DNA of 63,969 nucleotides, counting the filler, from Octopus bimaculoides (taxonomy: Eukaryota), in the NCBI RefSeq assembly GCF_001194135.2. It is 6 parts of 6 records of this genome, joined end to end, with 100 filler letters (N's around TTAATTAATTAA, not from the genome) between each part and the next. Parts side by side here need not be neighbours in the genome. Positions count along the whole stretch, not along the records: positions 31,014 to 56,001 come from NC_068990.1; positions 56,102 to 61,528 come from NC_068989.1; positions 61,629 to 63,969 come from NC_068982.1; 3 more parts are not named here. One strand, 5' to 3'. Shown in pieces: positions 48,827 to 63,969 of the stretch. The notes below the pieces were generated by a model. That model saw only the letters and a list, made by a program, of their open reading frames with translations. It was not told the origin of the DNA and did no database searches. Positions within the stretch are counted from its first letter, which is position 1; each line of letters begins with the position of its first letter. A program made the position numbers and the translations under genes.

Positions 48827-50904
48827 GACTGGATAACTTGCTCGTAAGAGGGTACGTTTAAAACTGACATTGAGCTAAACCTCAAACTTACAGATCTATT
48901 GCTAGTTAGGAATTGAAGATCAGTGATTTTATAGGAAGAATTTGATTGGTTATTTTGATGTCATACTACCTATCGATGAGAAGTCACTGGGACTACTCAA
49001 CAACAATAACATCAATGGAAGTAATATAGTAGTCGTCGATAATCTCAAGTTAATTTTAGTCCATTAAATTCATTTATATTTAAGCAAAAATCAACTGAAC
49101 TATATTGTTTTCAAGTTGATCTCAAATCAATTATTTGCTAAAATCATATTTGATAACTATTGTTACATTACCTGTGATCTTCTAGATGAAATGGTATAAA
49201 AGTTCCTAGAAATTGTATTGATTATTTTTGTTTTAGTTTATATCGATTGGCTAAATCAATAAACTTGCTTGGCAGAAAACACAATAACATATAGGTTTGT
49301 TTAAAGATAACTGGGAAATGTTATCAAAGGGAAAAGCATTCTTTGTTGGTTTTGTATTTTCATATATTTGGATTGATTATTTCTTTTGATACTTTATAAC
49401 TGATATTTTATTCTATCGCTGCTGGTATGTGGCTTGCTTTTATATTGTTGTCGGTGTTGTTGTTGAAAATAGTATTGCATAAGCGAATAAAAAGGGAGAG
49501 AATATGTGTAAGCGAAGATGTGATTTTGTTTCATATATATAACAAATAAACAACTAAAAACATTTTACGATAGGAAAATATAGGACGCGGTGTCGTTTAT
49601 GCATGTCTGTATCAGTAATACAAGTAGTGTGATGTGCAATGCTTCATCGGGAAATCTAATCCAACTCGCATAATTCGATACAGCTCTACTGAATAACTTT
49701 TGCCCTGTGTTATTCGCTATAGACTTACATCAAACAGAAGTATTCTTTACAACTAAATATAGTGAGCCTTTACTTCGTGGATATGCCAAAAGAAGAATTG
49801 TAACCTTCTTAACTTTCCCCTAGAGAATTACTATTCCATTAGATAAAATAAATATTTAAACACAGAGAGGTCATAGTGAACCAAGATTTCGTTTTGTTTT
49901 CCTACCTGATACCAAATTGTTAGGAGAATAATTTCCCCGTCAAAGATGCCTTGTTCCTGCAGAGATGTTTGCAGGTGATGTGACGCACGGGTTACAAATC
50001 CAGAAGCACAAGATCTTTGATCCCAGTTACACATTGCAACAAGCTTACACGCACAAGCTATGACATAGCTGTTGACATTTTGTTCGCTTTTTCATCACTA
50101 TATAAGCATTGAAGCAGTACAGGGATGGATGGAACTGTACCCGGAAAAATTTGTTCCTGAATTCGAACCTCATAGATGTTGTTCTCAACAATTGTCAGTC
50201 AATCAGGATACGGTATGGTAGAAAGGTATCTTATATTATCACAGCCAATATATTCTGAGAACTAAAGTAGCACTTTATACAATATGCAATTAGAGTGTGA
50301 TGCGTTCGAATGGCGTTCTGGTTGATTGCTTTATCTATGACATATCCAATGCAATATAATGATATTTTGTTATAGCCAAAGGACAGGAGAAATGTGACTG
50401 TTATCACATAACGAATGCAGTCTTGGCCACGTGACTAAGAAGTTGGCAAACACTAAATCCATTTCACAGCCAACAAAATTCTCCCGTTGTTGGTAGGATA
50501 TACATCAACCAGCAAATAATAATTCTTTTCTGGCTTCTTCAAGGTTTTGTTAAACAGGAATTTGGGAAACGCTAATCAGTGGTGATTACAATAAATCTGT
50601 GTACATAACGGCTTCATGTACACTGAAACGAGGAAAGGCATTCGCTGCGCAGATGAATACGAATAGAAATTCTTCTCATAGAGACATTGCATCTGAAAAG
50701 AATTTCTCTGCCGAGACAGCGCAGCGCAGATGTTTCCACCTCTGAGTGTTAAGTCTACATGTACTCAACTTTGTTGCCTTTAAATGTTATATATATATAT
50801 GCATGTGCATGCGTGTGTCTATGAATATATATATAATAGATATATAGATTCACACACTCACAAGTACACACGCACGCACATACACTCGCGCGCACACACA
50901 CACA

Positions 50905-50954
<50 letters not shown>

Positions 50955-51135
50955 NNNNNNNNNNNNNNNNNNNNNNNNNNNNNNNNNNNNNNNNNNNNNN
51001 NNNNNNNNNNNNNNNNNNNNNNNNNNNNNNNNNNNNNNNNNNNNNNNNNNNNNNNNNNNNNNNNNNNNNNNNNNNNNNNNNNNNNNNNNNNNNNNNNNNN
51101 NNNNNNNNNNNNNNNNNNNNNNNNNNNNNNNNNNN

Positions 51136-51196
<61 letters not shown>

Positions 51197-52741
51197 TTGT
51201 GTGTGTGCGCGCGTATGTGTACGTCCGCATTGACGTAATCGACTTTGAATGAGTTAGTAAGCGAACATCTAATTCACCTTGTCATATACCTTCAACAAAG
51301 CGTTTATTAGCCATAAAAATTGCTGTAGTCTGTCGTGTGTGAAATTTAGGAGAGCGTATAAGTTATTTATTTAGCATCGACATAATTAGAATTTATGCTT
51401 GTCCAGATCTAACGAAGATAATGAGCAAAAGTCTCATATGAAAGACGGATAGTGTAAGCGAATGGCAAAATTGAAATGAGATCAGATCAGATTAGAAATT
51501 CTGGAATATTCTTCGTCGTTATTCATATTGATAGAATAATATTAATGATAATTCTTTGTGTTCTTCCAAAATTCTAATTGAAATATTTCCGAATTTAAAT
51601 TACACGGAAAATTTTACGAATTCTTTGTCAAGATATAAATGACCTTTTAATAATAAAATATGATTGCAAGGAAAATTATTTCTGACAGGTTTTAAAAGCA
51701 TATTTGGAAATATTTAATCACTTTAAAAAAATATATGTTTTTAATTTTTAATTTTGAAAACAAACAAAGTTGTGGAGAATACAAACAAATGCTACTTCTG
51801 TATGTTTCTTTAGACACTTCTAATAGTCATTCAATATTTTTTTTTTTTATTTTAGTTTCATTTCTTCTATAAATTACCGAGAGAAATATTAAAACCATTG
51901 ACATCTTGTTGTGGATTAAGTAACAAAATGTTAAAGCTATGTTAGATACTAAGTGTGAGAATAATTCTAGAAAAATTTTAAACGGTAATATTCGGAAATA
52001 TAAGGATCCCATTGATAAGTGTTTCGTCTGAAATTAACCAAGTCTCTTATTAAAATCATTTTTTTTTCTAATTACACAACAATTTTATTCTTTTCTACGA
52101 TTTGAAATTTAAGAACTTAGTTAGCTCACTTGTACGTAAACCATAATAATTAAATATTTGGTCACAGCTATGAATAATCTTTCAGTCTCGATATCGTCTT
52201 CATATCCTGGAATTTTTTTCTTTATTGTTAATCATGAGAAAGAAACAGAGCACTTAAAATAGAACATGCCATCGAATGGTCAAGGCTGAATCACACTTAA
52301 TAGATGTCTGCCTCAACAGAGTTGATATAACTCTAAAATCTCACTACTATATATTGAATATTATATGGAATTTGTAGAAAACCATTCTTTTCCTATATTG
52401 TGTAGCAGTAATATTGTATAGCAATAATATTGTATTGTAATTAAGCAAGCATAAATTTATTTCGGTGTTTGATAAATTGGTTAATATGATAGAAACGTAT
52501 CCCACAATTTTTAAAAGTTCTTTCCTCTTCTTAACTATAATCAGTATTGAATCACCAGTGTAGTCTTTTTAAATCGTTTTGACTTCATATGGTGCTGCAG
52601 ACAAAGTAAAGCTATACTGGTGTCCTTCATTTGGATTATAAAACAAAACTAGCATTTAGCATGGATATTTAAACACATAATATGCTTTAAAATCGAATCC
52701 TCAGAAAACAAAAATTCGTAAGCTCGGATAAAGGTTAAATA

Positions 52742-53015
52742 CCCCTTTCGGTCACGAATGACCATGGGATTGCTCGTACAAAGTATCCCGCACGAGGCAC
52801 AAGTCCGAGCAAGGTTGTTTATGGAAAACCTGTAGTCGCCCATGCATGTCATTCTCCCCTCTGCATGCCACCGATGTTATCCAAGGGAAAAAGAAAGGCC
52901 GATACAGCTTGGCACCAGTGACATCGCAACTTATTTCTACAGTTGAGTGAACTGGAGCAGCGGGAAATAAAGTGTCTTGCTTAAGAACACAGCACACAGC
53001 CTGGTTCGGGAATCG
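52742..53015 (-). mobile_element. SINE family D, tail type 1
   Basis: Reverse-complement match to 7990-8230. Confidence 0.88.
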
Positions 53016-54238
53016 TAAATACAATATTGTATGCTAGTGTACATTATGATTGTAGGCGCATGAGTATTTGTATGGATTTTCTTAAATTTAAATCCTATTT
53101 AGATGCAGAAAAATATATGTGATTCATCTAAGTAACACTTCCGGCGCACCATTTCGCCGCAACATTCTATTTAAGAATAAATGGCTTTTGCATTGTATAA
53201 TTGGCATTACGTTGATCCCATATTCTGGTGACTGTAGCACCCAGCCTTGTCAGTGTTAAACACACTTGTACGTTTCTTTTCTACCTAGAACAGTATCAGA
53301 AATGTAAACTTGATAAGCCATTCGTTGATTCCTAATGTGTATTTACTTTACTCCCACACGAAAACATTGCTGCAATAGACCGTTTTCTTATTAAGGAAAT
53401 TTATTTTCCATTTCCTTAAAGTCAACTCAAGCGGAAATGAGATCCAGTCGTGTGGATTATCTTTGCGTATATCTAGTGGGCAGTACCTTTATGTTGATAA
53501 TCTTCATTCGTTTTGCTATGAATTCACTTCATGACTACTCAAGCAGATTTGAACAAAAGTGACCGCAGTCATGTCTTCTAAATAAAAGCATGCCTAATAT
53601 ATTCATAGATAATATGTAACCTTTGGAACCAATATGAACATTATAGCTGAACATAGGAAGAACATTTGTTGAATAAAAGGTAATGTGAAATTTAAATGTC
53701 TTTGAAATCAGAAAGTCGCAGAAATAAATGAGAAAATACTGTAAGAAACTAATTTCAGTGCTAAGTCAATTCTTCCAATATGTCGTTTTCACATCAAAAC
53801 GATTTTAATAAATATAGTAGAAACGTTATGTACCACAGCATTACAAAAATGTCTAAAGACACAGGGTGTACGATGGTTCTTTAGAGGAATTACACCGTCG
53901 TAGCTTAGTAAACTTAAGCTCGAGATAAAGTAGAAATATAAAAACTGAGACAATGCGTTAAAACGCGTGTGGACACGCAACCTCTCTCTCACACACCCTC
54001 TCTCTTTCTACACACACAAACACGTGTGTGTTTCTGTGTATGGGCTTATGTGTGCGTGTACGTCAGTGCGTAGATTGCTTGAAGTGGTGTGCAGATTTTA
54101 TATTTCGAGAAAAAGGAGTGATTCATCATGAAATCTCTCAAACTAGATGAAAGTGATGAATAAATACATTTTATCCAAAATCCTGGCCACATCATTTTTC
54201 TTACGATATATGTGTGTGTGTGTATGTGTGGGTGGTCG

Positions 54239-54273
<35 letters not shown>

Positions 54274-54283
54274 NNNNNNNNNN

Positions 54284-54317
<34 letters not shown>

Positions 54318-55109
54318 TTGAGTGATATTTCTCTGTCCCTTACGTTTTTATGTTCGTTAAGCTGCAAGGACAACGAAACTCAAACCAGCAACTCGCCTAA
54401 TCCCAGGATGTGTCTTAAGGGGCCTATTCTTTTTAAGGGCCGGCTAATTGCACCCACTTCCTAATTTTACTACATTCTAAACTAAATACATACCATTGAC
54501 GACAAAATCGAAGCCACGACAATGAATTTCATACCATGAATTCCCAGGGAATGTCGTAAAGCGGTTCAATTTCTGAAGGGCTGCTTAAATGGAGTCCCAC
54601 TGACACCCCCTTTTTTTTTATTGTATTTACCTCGCTCCTATATTGATTGATTTAACTATGATCAGCATCTGTTTGGGCATTCTAAGTATCTTCACTAACA
54701 TTCAAATCAAGATTAAAAAAAAATATATATATATATATATACACATACATACATACATGATTTAACAAACTCAAACTCATAATGTGAGCTACTAATAATC
54801 TAAGCTCGGGTAGTAATGTAATCGAACGGGCTTGCAGTATAGCGCGTTCTGTGTACTAGCCTTAATCGTTCAGGTTCAAGAATAAACGTGCCTGCTCTCT
54901 GAGAAAAGTGAGAAAGTGAGACAAAAAAAAAAAAAGATAGAGGTGTTAAACGGAACGTGTAGATGGAAGAGAGGTAAAAGTAAACTACGTATGGTCACCT
55001 TGAAGGAGGAAAGGGAATTAACATTGGTTGATGGAGTTAATCTGACGGGAAACGGTTAAAGTTTATCAGACCCTATATATATATATATAGAGAGAGAGAG
55101 ATTCAAATT

Positions 55110-55388
55110 ATGAGTTCTAATTTCGCTGAAGTCGACTTTCAGCATTTTGGTGTCGATAAAATGTATTAATCACGAAGTGGATTCCATGGTATCCGTTAAT
55201 TCCCATCCCTCATTAGTGCTGTCCGTGTACCTAATATAGTTTTCAAATTTTGGCACAAGTCCAGCAATTTCGAGGAAGTGTATAAGTTGAGCAGCTTCGG
55301 TGGCATTTGAACTCAGAATGTAAAGACTGACGAAATGCCGCCAATAAATCTACCCATCGTGCTAACGATTCTGCCAGCTCACCACCTC
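55110..55388. mobile_element. Two SINE family C fragments in opposite orientations
   Basis: + fragment at 55110-55270 and - fragment at 55278-55388 (ATTTGAACTCAGAATG...GCTAACGATTCTGCCAGCTC). Confidence 0.7.
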
Positions 55389-55679
55389 CCATGTACTTCA
55401 TATCAGAATCCATTATATTGTTCCAAAATGCTAATATATCGATCCCATGTTTCCTATGAAAACTTTGTACGACAAATGTGAAAAAATGTTCTCGTCAAAC
55501 TTAGGATCTATGTATTCTATAAGATATTCTATTTTCTATAATATATTATATATTCTATATTCTATAACATGTTACATATTCGATATTCTATATATTCTAT
55601 TGCTATTATTTATTAGTTTTAAGATTTGAAACGAAAATCTAAAGGTGGAGAATGGTATTATTAATATTTATGTAATGAA

Positions 55680-55910
55680 GAGGCGGCCAGCCGGCAGAAA
55701 TGTAAGCACGCCGGGCGAAATGCTAAGCGTTATTTCGTTTTTCTTTACACTCTGAGTTCGAATTCCGCCGAGGTCGACTTTTCCTTTCATCCTTTCGGGG
55801 TCGATACATAAAGTACCAGTTACGCACTGGTGTCAATTTAATCGACTTAATCACTTTGTCTGTCCTTGTTTGTCCCCTCTATGTTTAGCCCCTTGTGGGC
55901 AATAAAGAAA
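55680..55910 (+). mobile_element. SINE family C, full length
   Basis: Collinear with 37116-37343, including the tail GTCCCCTCTATGTTTAGCCCCTTGTGGGCAATAAAGAAAT. Confidence 0.92.
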
Positions 55911-55930
55911 TGTATATATGCATATACAAG

Positions 55931-55993
<63 letters not shown>

Positions 55994-56104
55994 GTATATA
56001 TNNNNNNNNNNNNNNNNNNNNNNNNNNNNNNNNNNNNNNNNNNNNTTAATTAATTAANNNNNNNNNNNNNNNNNNNNNNNNNNNNNNNNNNNNNNNNNNN
56101 NTAT

Positions 56105-56143
<39 letters not shown>

Positions 56144-58433
56144 CATATGGTAGAAACTGTGTGTACGTGTAGATAATGTGTGATTGCTACAGTTGTGTTT
56201 AGAACTTCACGTAGAGTATCATAATTCAGTCTGCTTCAGTATAGAAGTTAAGTAACTTCTATACTGAGTAATATTACCAGTTTTTAACTACAGATCGATT
56301 TTGGTAGGTGTTATCTGTAACTTAACCCAGTAAATTGTTCATTGGTGATCCGTTCAGGTTGAGCGTCTCGACGCAGTGTGAACACCTATTGCTGGCCTCC
56401 AAGCATGCAGAATGGTAAAACACGTGTAGGAATTATATTATAAAGTTCCTTATCTTTTTTCCTTCTGCATTTGCACTGATACATAAACACGTACGTACAT
56501 ACATACGTACTAATTTATCTATCTATGTAATGTATGTATCTCTCTCTCTCTTTCTCTCTCTCAATATACACATATATGTGTGTGTGATTGTGTGTGTGTA
56601 TCTGTATTATTATATATATATAATATATATANNNNNNNNNNNNNNNNNNNNNNNNNNNNNNNNNNNNNNNNNNNNNNNNNNNNNNNNNNNNNNNNNNNNN
56701 NNNNNNNNNNNNNNNNNNNNNNNNNNNNNNNNNNNNNNNNNNNNNNNNNNNNNNNNNNNNNNNNNNNNNNNNNNNNNNNNNNNNNNNNNNNNNNNNNNNN
56801 NNNNNNNNNNNNNNNNNNNNNNNNNNNNNNNNNNNNNNNNNNNNNNNNNNNNNNNNNNNNNNNNNNNNNNNNNNNNNNNNNNNNNNNNNNNNNNNNNNNN
56901 NNNNNNNNNNNNNNNNNNNNNNNNNNNNNNNNNNNNNNNNNNNNNNNNNNNNNNNNNNNNNNNNNNNNNNNNNNNNNNNNNNNNNNNNNNNNNNNNNNNN
57001 NNNNNNNNNNNNNNNNNNNNNNNNNNNNNNNNNNNNNNNNNNNNNNNNNNNNNNNNNNNNNNNNNNNNNNNNNNNNNNNNNNNNNNNNNNNNNNNNNNNN
57101 NNNNNNNNNNNNNNNNNNNNNNNNNNNNNNNNNNNNNNNNTATATATATATATATATATGTTACAAAGGCATACGCACACACACAAGCACTGACTGAGTT
57201 ATACTTACAAACAAATCACACCTGCTTCTTTTACGTAAGCGATTTCGACAATTCGCCAACATCTCTTCTATATGAGTGAACAAATTAAGGAATTTTTCCT
57301 TTTAAATGGCAAAGGGAGTGATTATATCATTAAAACGATCTTAAAATATAGAGCAATAGAGTACTATGTGTATAGCTATTCGAAACCCTGAAATAATACT
57401 AAGGAATATGCTGAAAATCAAGCCCAATTTAAACAGGTTCAAATTTCTATTGATAAGATGGTGTGTTAGCAGCGTGGTCGCTTGTCATTACAAGGCAAAT
57501 GAACCAAATAACGCTCTTCTCCCCAAGAGAATGAAACACCGTTACAAAAAAATGGAGGAAAGGGGAAAATTTGCTAGAACATTCCTACGTGTGTAAATTT
57601 ATTTTTCCCTATGTTTACATGTTACGTGGACTAGTTTGTAGAGAGTTACTGCAGAACTGCAGCTACTTTAGACTTGGCAAGTGTAAGACATTTAAGTGGA
57701 AAAAAAGGTCTTAGCCTCATGATATAAGAAAATTAGATGAACCGAAATTGTTTTTACGTCCAAAATACTATTTGCATTTCAGAAATGGAACATAAGGAAA
57801 AAGTCGGAATAACACAAACCAGCATGGTTTCTGCTACCTTAACAGATAAAGGAGGTGATAAGTTACAGTAGACTGATTTCTATTAGGAACAAAGGTATAT
57901 CGTTAGTTGAAAAGGAGAGGAGTTACAAGAGCAGCAGCATTAAGGTAGGGATTAAGATAGCAATGCTCATGAGCAGTATGAAAACAGATGAACAAAGTAA
58001 GATCTCGTGGATCGTGTCGTAGTTATGGACATATCCAGGTTATATNNNNNNNNNNNNNNNNNNNNNNNNNNNNNNNNNNNNNNNNNNNNNNNNNNNNNNN
58101 NNNNNNNNNNNNNNNNNNNNNNNNNNNNNNNNNNNNNNNNNNNNNNNNNNNNNNNNNNNNNNNNNNNNNNNNNNNNNNNNNNNNNNNNNNNNNNNNNNNN
58201 NNNNNNNNNNNNNNNNNNNNNNNNNNNNNNNNNNNNNNNNNNNNNNNNNNNNNNNNNNNNNNNNNNNNNNNNNNNNNNNNNNNNNNNNNNNNNNNNNNNN
58301 NNNNNNNNNNNNNNNNNNNNNNNNNNNNNNNNNNNTATATATATATATATAGTTAATACAAACACACACGCAGATATATATTATGTCAGTGCGTGTGTGT
58401 ATATATATATATATGTGTGTGTGTCAGTGTATA

Positions 58434-58465
<32 letters not shown>

Positions 58466-59085
58466 CGTGTGGGACAGAGAGAGTTTTTCCTACTGTCTCA
58501 TTCACTAAGAATGATCCAATTTGTGGCCAATTGACAGGTTTATATATCATCTCTTGCATCTCTTGCATTCCTTGAGGCTCAAATACCTGAGGCTGAGAAC
58601 TTGCTTGGAGGCATGTGGCATTATTTGTAAACTTTCCAATTTATTATTTTTTCGTAGCTTGCATTTAAATACTGTGCATTTTAAATGATATTCAAGCACG
58701 TATGTATGCATGTACGTGTGCATGTATGTATGTATGTATGTATGTATGTATGTATGTATGTATGTATATATGTATGTATGCATGTATGTATGTATGTGTG
58801 TATGTATGAGAGCAGTGCATGTCATCAAAGTGACACTGGGGTATGTATGTATGTATGTATGTATGTTGCTCTGTCGAGGTATAACTGAGCAATTAATGCA
58901 TTTTAACATTAAGCTGAATGGTTGATCAATGCATTCATAGAACACATATTTATTATTCTTTTCAAAGATGAGTGGTGACAGTAACTTCGAAGTTTTTGCC
59001 TGCAGGCGGAAAAGCTAGGAAGTTGAAATCTCGGTGTCACACTTCACATTCCACTTGTGAAAATATAATATAGACAGACATATAA

Positions 59086-59124
<39 letters not shown>

Positions 59125-59219
59125 GCATATACATATACATACATACGTATATGTGTGTATGTGTGTGTGTGTGTATGTTTGTGTGTGTTTGTGTGTGTAT
59201 ATTCGATCGTATATACGTA

Positions 59220-59263
<44 letters not shown>

Positions 59264-60029
59264 GATCTATCTATATGTGTCTTTGTGTATAGACAGATAC
59301 ATATAAACATGCATACATACATATATACGTGTATGTATATGTATATATTCACATACATACACATATAACAACACTATAGTTTCTTATATATGAGAATTTC
59401 GGATGTCATTAAGTGTGATGTATCACTTGAAGACTGTTACAAAAAAATGCAGACGTGCAAACACGCGTTTCAGACAAACATACTCAAAGAACACACAATA
59501 ACAGACATCTTTGCGCATATGCATACACGAACATCCGGAAAAATCTTTGCATGACTCTCTCCCTCCCTCTCTATCACTCTTACTCTCTCTTTCTCTCTCT
59601 CACCGTCTCTCTTTTTCTCCCTATCTATCTACCTATATATGTATGTGTGTGTGTGTTTGCGTGCTTGTGTATGTATACATATGTATATTTTTGCTTCGTG
59701 TCTGTATGTGTGTGAGTGCCTGCGTGCATGTGTGCGCTTCTACGACATTCAGTTATGCAGTTTATAAAGTGGCAATGGGAATATCCAACTATTTAACCAA
59801 AAAAAAAGAAAAAAAAAAAAAACTAAAGAAGCATATTTATCTAGTTTAGCAAAGCGATTCTTCATCATGGGTCCCGGTTTGTTATTTTCATCATTCAAAT
59901 GGAAATGAATACATATATATGTGTGCATTTGTGTATGTATATGTGTGTGTATGGACACAAATGCATATAAATATATATAAATAGATAAGATTAAACATGT
60001 ATATATATATATATATATATACACATGCT

Positions 60030-60062
<33 letters not shown>

Positions 60063-60572
60063 ATACATATATGCACAAAGGAATATACACAAGCATATAG
60101 ACGCAGAATTGGCTGTCCCTCCCCCCCATGCCGATATTCAAATGAATATACGCTTGGTATAAATATATCGTACGAGTAATGAAACATGCGCTCATATTGA
60201 CCGTGTCATTTCACAAATGGCGGTGTCTCCTTATAGATAATGAAATTATAGAGCGATGACCAACTTGGGTGTCCTTGACCATAGGTCGACTTCTAGCCAT
60301 CTAACAACACGAACAAAATAACTAATAGAATACACTCTGGAATAAGGTAGCTTTAGATGGACTGTATATAAATATGGATGCAGGAAGACATGTGGTGATA
60401 TTTGGCTCATATTAACAAGGATGGGACTAAATAACAAAGCAATAGTTAAAACACGAGCATGTTTTGACAGAAAGTTATATCGGTGAAGAGCGTAAACGTT
60501 TAGACAACAGTAATGCTTATGAATAAATACATGCATACATATGCACGCGCGCGCACACACATCATCATACAT

Positions 60573-60629
<57 letters not shown>

Positions 60630-60946
60630 TATATGTACCTATGCACACGAGTGTGTGATCCCTTTCGAAATTATCCCTAATTGTGGTACAGAGTTTTTGG
60701 CTGCTCTTCCTGGCGGGTTAGATGTCCTATTATAGGCATCTCTGTATTTTAAATGAATTATATATGCATTTATTTATCTATATATATTATGTATGTGTGT
60801 GTGTGNNNNNNNNNNNNNNNNNNNNNNNNNNNNNNNNNNNNNNNNNNNNNNNNNNNNNNNNNNNNNNNNNNNNNNNNNNNNNNNNNNNNNNNNNNNNNNN
60901 NNNNNNNNNNNNNNNNNNNNNNNNNNNNNNNNNNNNNNNNNNNNNN

Positions 60947-61004
<58 letters not shown>

Positions 61005-61277
61005 CTATGTATATGCACACAGACTCGCACAACCATACAGATACACGCATTCTCAAGTAAACAACATTGCTGTAGAATGTAAGGTATGGCACTAATCTAT
61101 GATGTATACAAATGTTTCTGTATGTGGGTATATATTCATATCAGCGATGCAATATAAGTTGGAAATTTGTTCAAAATATCTGTTTCATCTCTCTCTATAT
61201 AAAATTCAACTTTTATATCCAGGACATGCATTATTATGCGCATTGCATTATTGTCTATCACGCGCGCGCGCGGACAT

Positions 61278-61317
<40 letters not shown>

Positions 61318-61481
61318 ACACAAACACACACACACACACACACAAACAACACATGCATGCACATACACAGACACATATATATTAAGTAGACTTCTCGCTA
61401 TGCATGTACATGTGTATAGAAGTGTACGTGTGCACAATTTGGATGGGTATACATTTATACATGGATTCATATATACATATA

Positions 61482-61528
<47 letters not shown>

Positions 61529-63445
61529 NNNNNNNNNNNNNNNNNNNNNNNNNNNNNNNNNNNNNNNNNNNNTTAATTAATTAANNNNNNNNNNNNNNNN
61601 NNNNNNNNNNNNNNNNNNNNNNNNNNNNAATACCATGGAAAGTAGTGAGTAGGTAAGATACAAAAATGAGAGGGAAACTTAATTCTTTGAGGAAACATTG
61701 AAAGCCACATAATTCAATTTTTTTTGTAAAGATAATGAAAGAACAATAACAAAGAATATATGCAAAGAAAAACTGTGTTAATCAAGTTGTTATGCGTTAA
61801 CGTTTAATATTAATTATAGCAAACAAGCAAACAAACAAACAAGAAACTTTCATAATTAGGAAAAAAAAAAAAAAATGAAACCAAGTATCAACTATAAATC
61901 GTAGATCAATGCTATTGGGAGAGAAGTCTTGTTGTTCATATACGAAATAAACAGACTGAGAGATATGACGGGAGAAGAAGAGGAAGTAGAGAAAAATGAA
62001 TAAGAATAAGGTGAAGAAATAACTAGAATAACAAGGAAGCAGAGGAGAAAAAGTACCCGTGTTGAGTTCTATAATTGAAAGGGACTTTTAGCTTTTAACT
62101 AACCTCTCAAACATCATACACACACACACACACACACGCACACACACATATATAAATCGATATACATATATACATACATACATATAAACACATACAGTAT
62201 ACATACACACATACATATAAAGTATATACATACATGCATATAAACACGTATATATACATACATACATATAAACACACATATGTATACATACACACATATA
62301 TATATATATAATATATATGCATACACATATAGATACACAGAAACGCACGAATATGTATATATATTCAGACATATACTCTCAACCACACACCCACTTACGT
62401 ATATAAATACATACATACATGCATACATTCAAACATACATACATATGCATAAAGTTTTTCCTTTCATCTCGTTGTACAAATTTATATACATATACACCTA
62501 TGCACCTCCACAAGCACGATCAAACACTCTTTCACATAGCTACATACTCATCTACACACAAAATAAATACATAAATATTTACATATGTAGATATAATATC
62601 GCCATTCAGCCTTCCAAGAGTAATGGAGGGAAGAGGTAAGAGGAAGGGGGGAAAAGGACAACAACCACTGGAGATATAATGGAGCAAGAGGAAAGAAGGA
62701 TCTTGCCTAAAGTGGAAAAAGATTACGGCTTCTATGACATGATATTAATGATTGGTCTTACCTAACGTTCGCAGCAATAACAACTACAATGCATTGCTAA
62801 TCCATAAATCGGCCGTCATTTAATCTCCATATTGAAGCAAGTAAAACGTACATAAATACACCCCGCCACACACACACACACACTCACAAAGACAAACACA
62901 CACACACACACACACATACACTCACACACACACGCACACACGCACACAAACATGCAGACATGGTAGTTCATTCATCCATACATTCATACAGATAAACTGG
63001 CAGATAGACAGACATGCACATGTCCATACTTTCATACATATATAGACATACACACATATATACACATATATACATATATACGTACGTACATATGTACATG
63101 CATACCTGCATACATATATGGATATCATTATTTAGACGCATACATAAAGAAGTACTCATATACATGGCTACAAACACTAACAGAAAAACACACACACACA
63201 CATATGCACACGGACACATATACGCGCGCGCACGCACACACAGATAGACAGAGAGCCAGAGAGACAGAAACACATAGACACACACACACACAAGTTGGCA
63301 TCAAACATCCGCGAATGTTTTCTCGACTATCCATCAAAAGGGAGACATACATATATATAAGTATGTATTTATATATTTATTTATGCATGTACATATGAAT
63401 GCATGTATGTATTATGTATGTATGTATGTGTGTGTATGTGTGTAT

Positions 63446-63502
<57 letters not shown>

Positions 63503-63569
63503 TATGCATGCATGTATGTATGAATGTATGTATGTTTCTTTGTGTATGTATGTATGTATTATGTATGTC

Positions 63570-63685
63570 CTAGTGATGAAGTTTGTTGAACTCACGTTCA
63601 CTAGACGGCTAGTTTGACTCCTAGACCGGGCGCTACGTTGTTTTCTTGAACAAAATACTTCATTTCACGTTGCTCTGCAGTCCTG
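63570..63685 (+). mobile_element. SINE family D head/CORE, degenerate
   Basis: TTCTTGAACAAAATACTTCATTTCACGTTGCTC. Confidence 0.6.
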
Positions 63686-63969
63686 GACAAATTTCACACG
63701 CACAGTGCCTGCCTAAGGGTATGTATGTGTGTATGTATGTATGTATGTATGTATGTATGTATGTATGTATGTAGGTAGGTAGGTAGGTAGGTAGATAGGT
63801 AGGCAGGTAGTTAGTTAGTTAGCTAGTTAGGTAGGTAGGTGAGTAGGTAGGTAATTAGCAATGTAGGCATGTAAGTGGGCCGGTATAACTTCAAAATTAT
63901 AGTTAATGGGAAAAATCTAGCTACATAATTATAACATTGCAGTTATATATACACAGATATAAACACATA

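Noticed and set aside
50400-53150. Isolated promoter-like motifs (E-box GCCACGTGAC at about 50405, ETS-like ACTTCCGG at about 53137)
   Set aside because: Single short motifs with no CpG island or mapped start site.
53436-53561. 41-aa plus-strand ORF with a hydrophobic stretch (MRSSRVDYLCVYLVGSTFMLIIF..)
   Set aside because: Short, with no homology or expression support.
57782-57853. 72-nt plus-strand phase 1-1 exon candidate (MEHKEKVGITQTSMVSATLTDKG)
   Set aside because: Weak donor and no recognisable protein.

Overview
AT-rich eukaryotic DNA full of microsatellites and assembly gaps. It is most likely from a cephalopod (octopus-type) genome; this is inferred from the repeat landscape and was not verified by search. 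No complete host gene can be read, and almost all long ORFs in the supplied track are artefacts of N-runs or simple repeats. The window contains many tRNA-derived SINEs (working names A, C, D and E) with swapped heads, cores and tails. It also holds decayed R4/Dong-like, Penelope-like and CR1-superfamily-like retroelement pieces, an ORF1-only Tx1/L1-like element, a fold-back DD41D Tc1/mariner derivative, and a hairpin MITE. A few isolated minus-strand exon candidates are present, one encoding a signal peptide. The most notable signals are (1) a minimal hammerhead-ribozyme fold at 43641-43686 (-), next to a tRNA-like Pol III head, plus three degenerate hammerhead-like motifs elsewhere, and (2) a pre-miRNA-like hairpin at about 37.9-38.0 kb. 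All alignments, translations and folds were done by eye.
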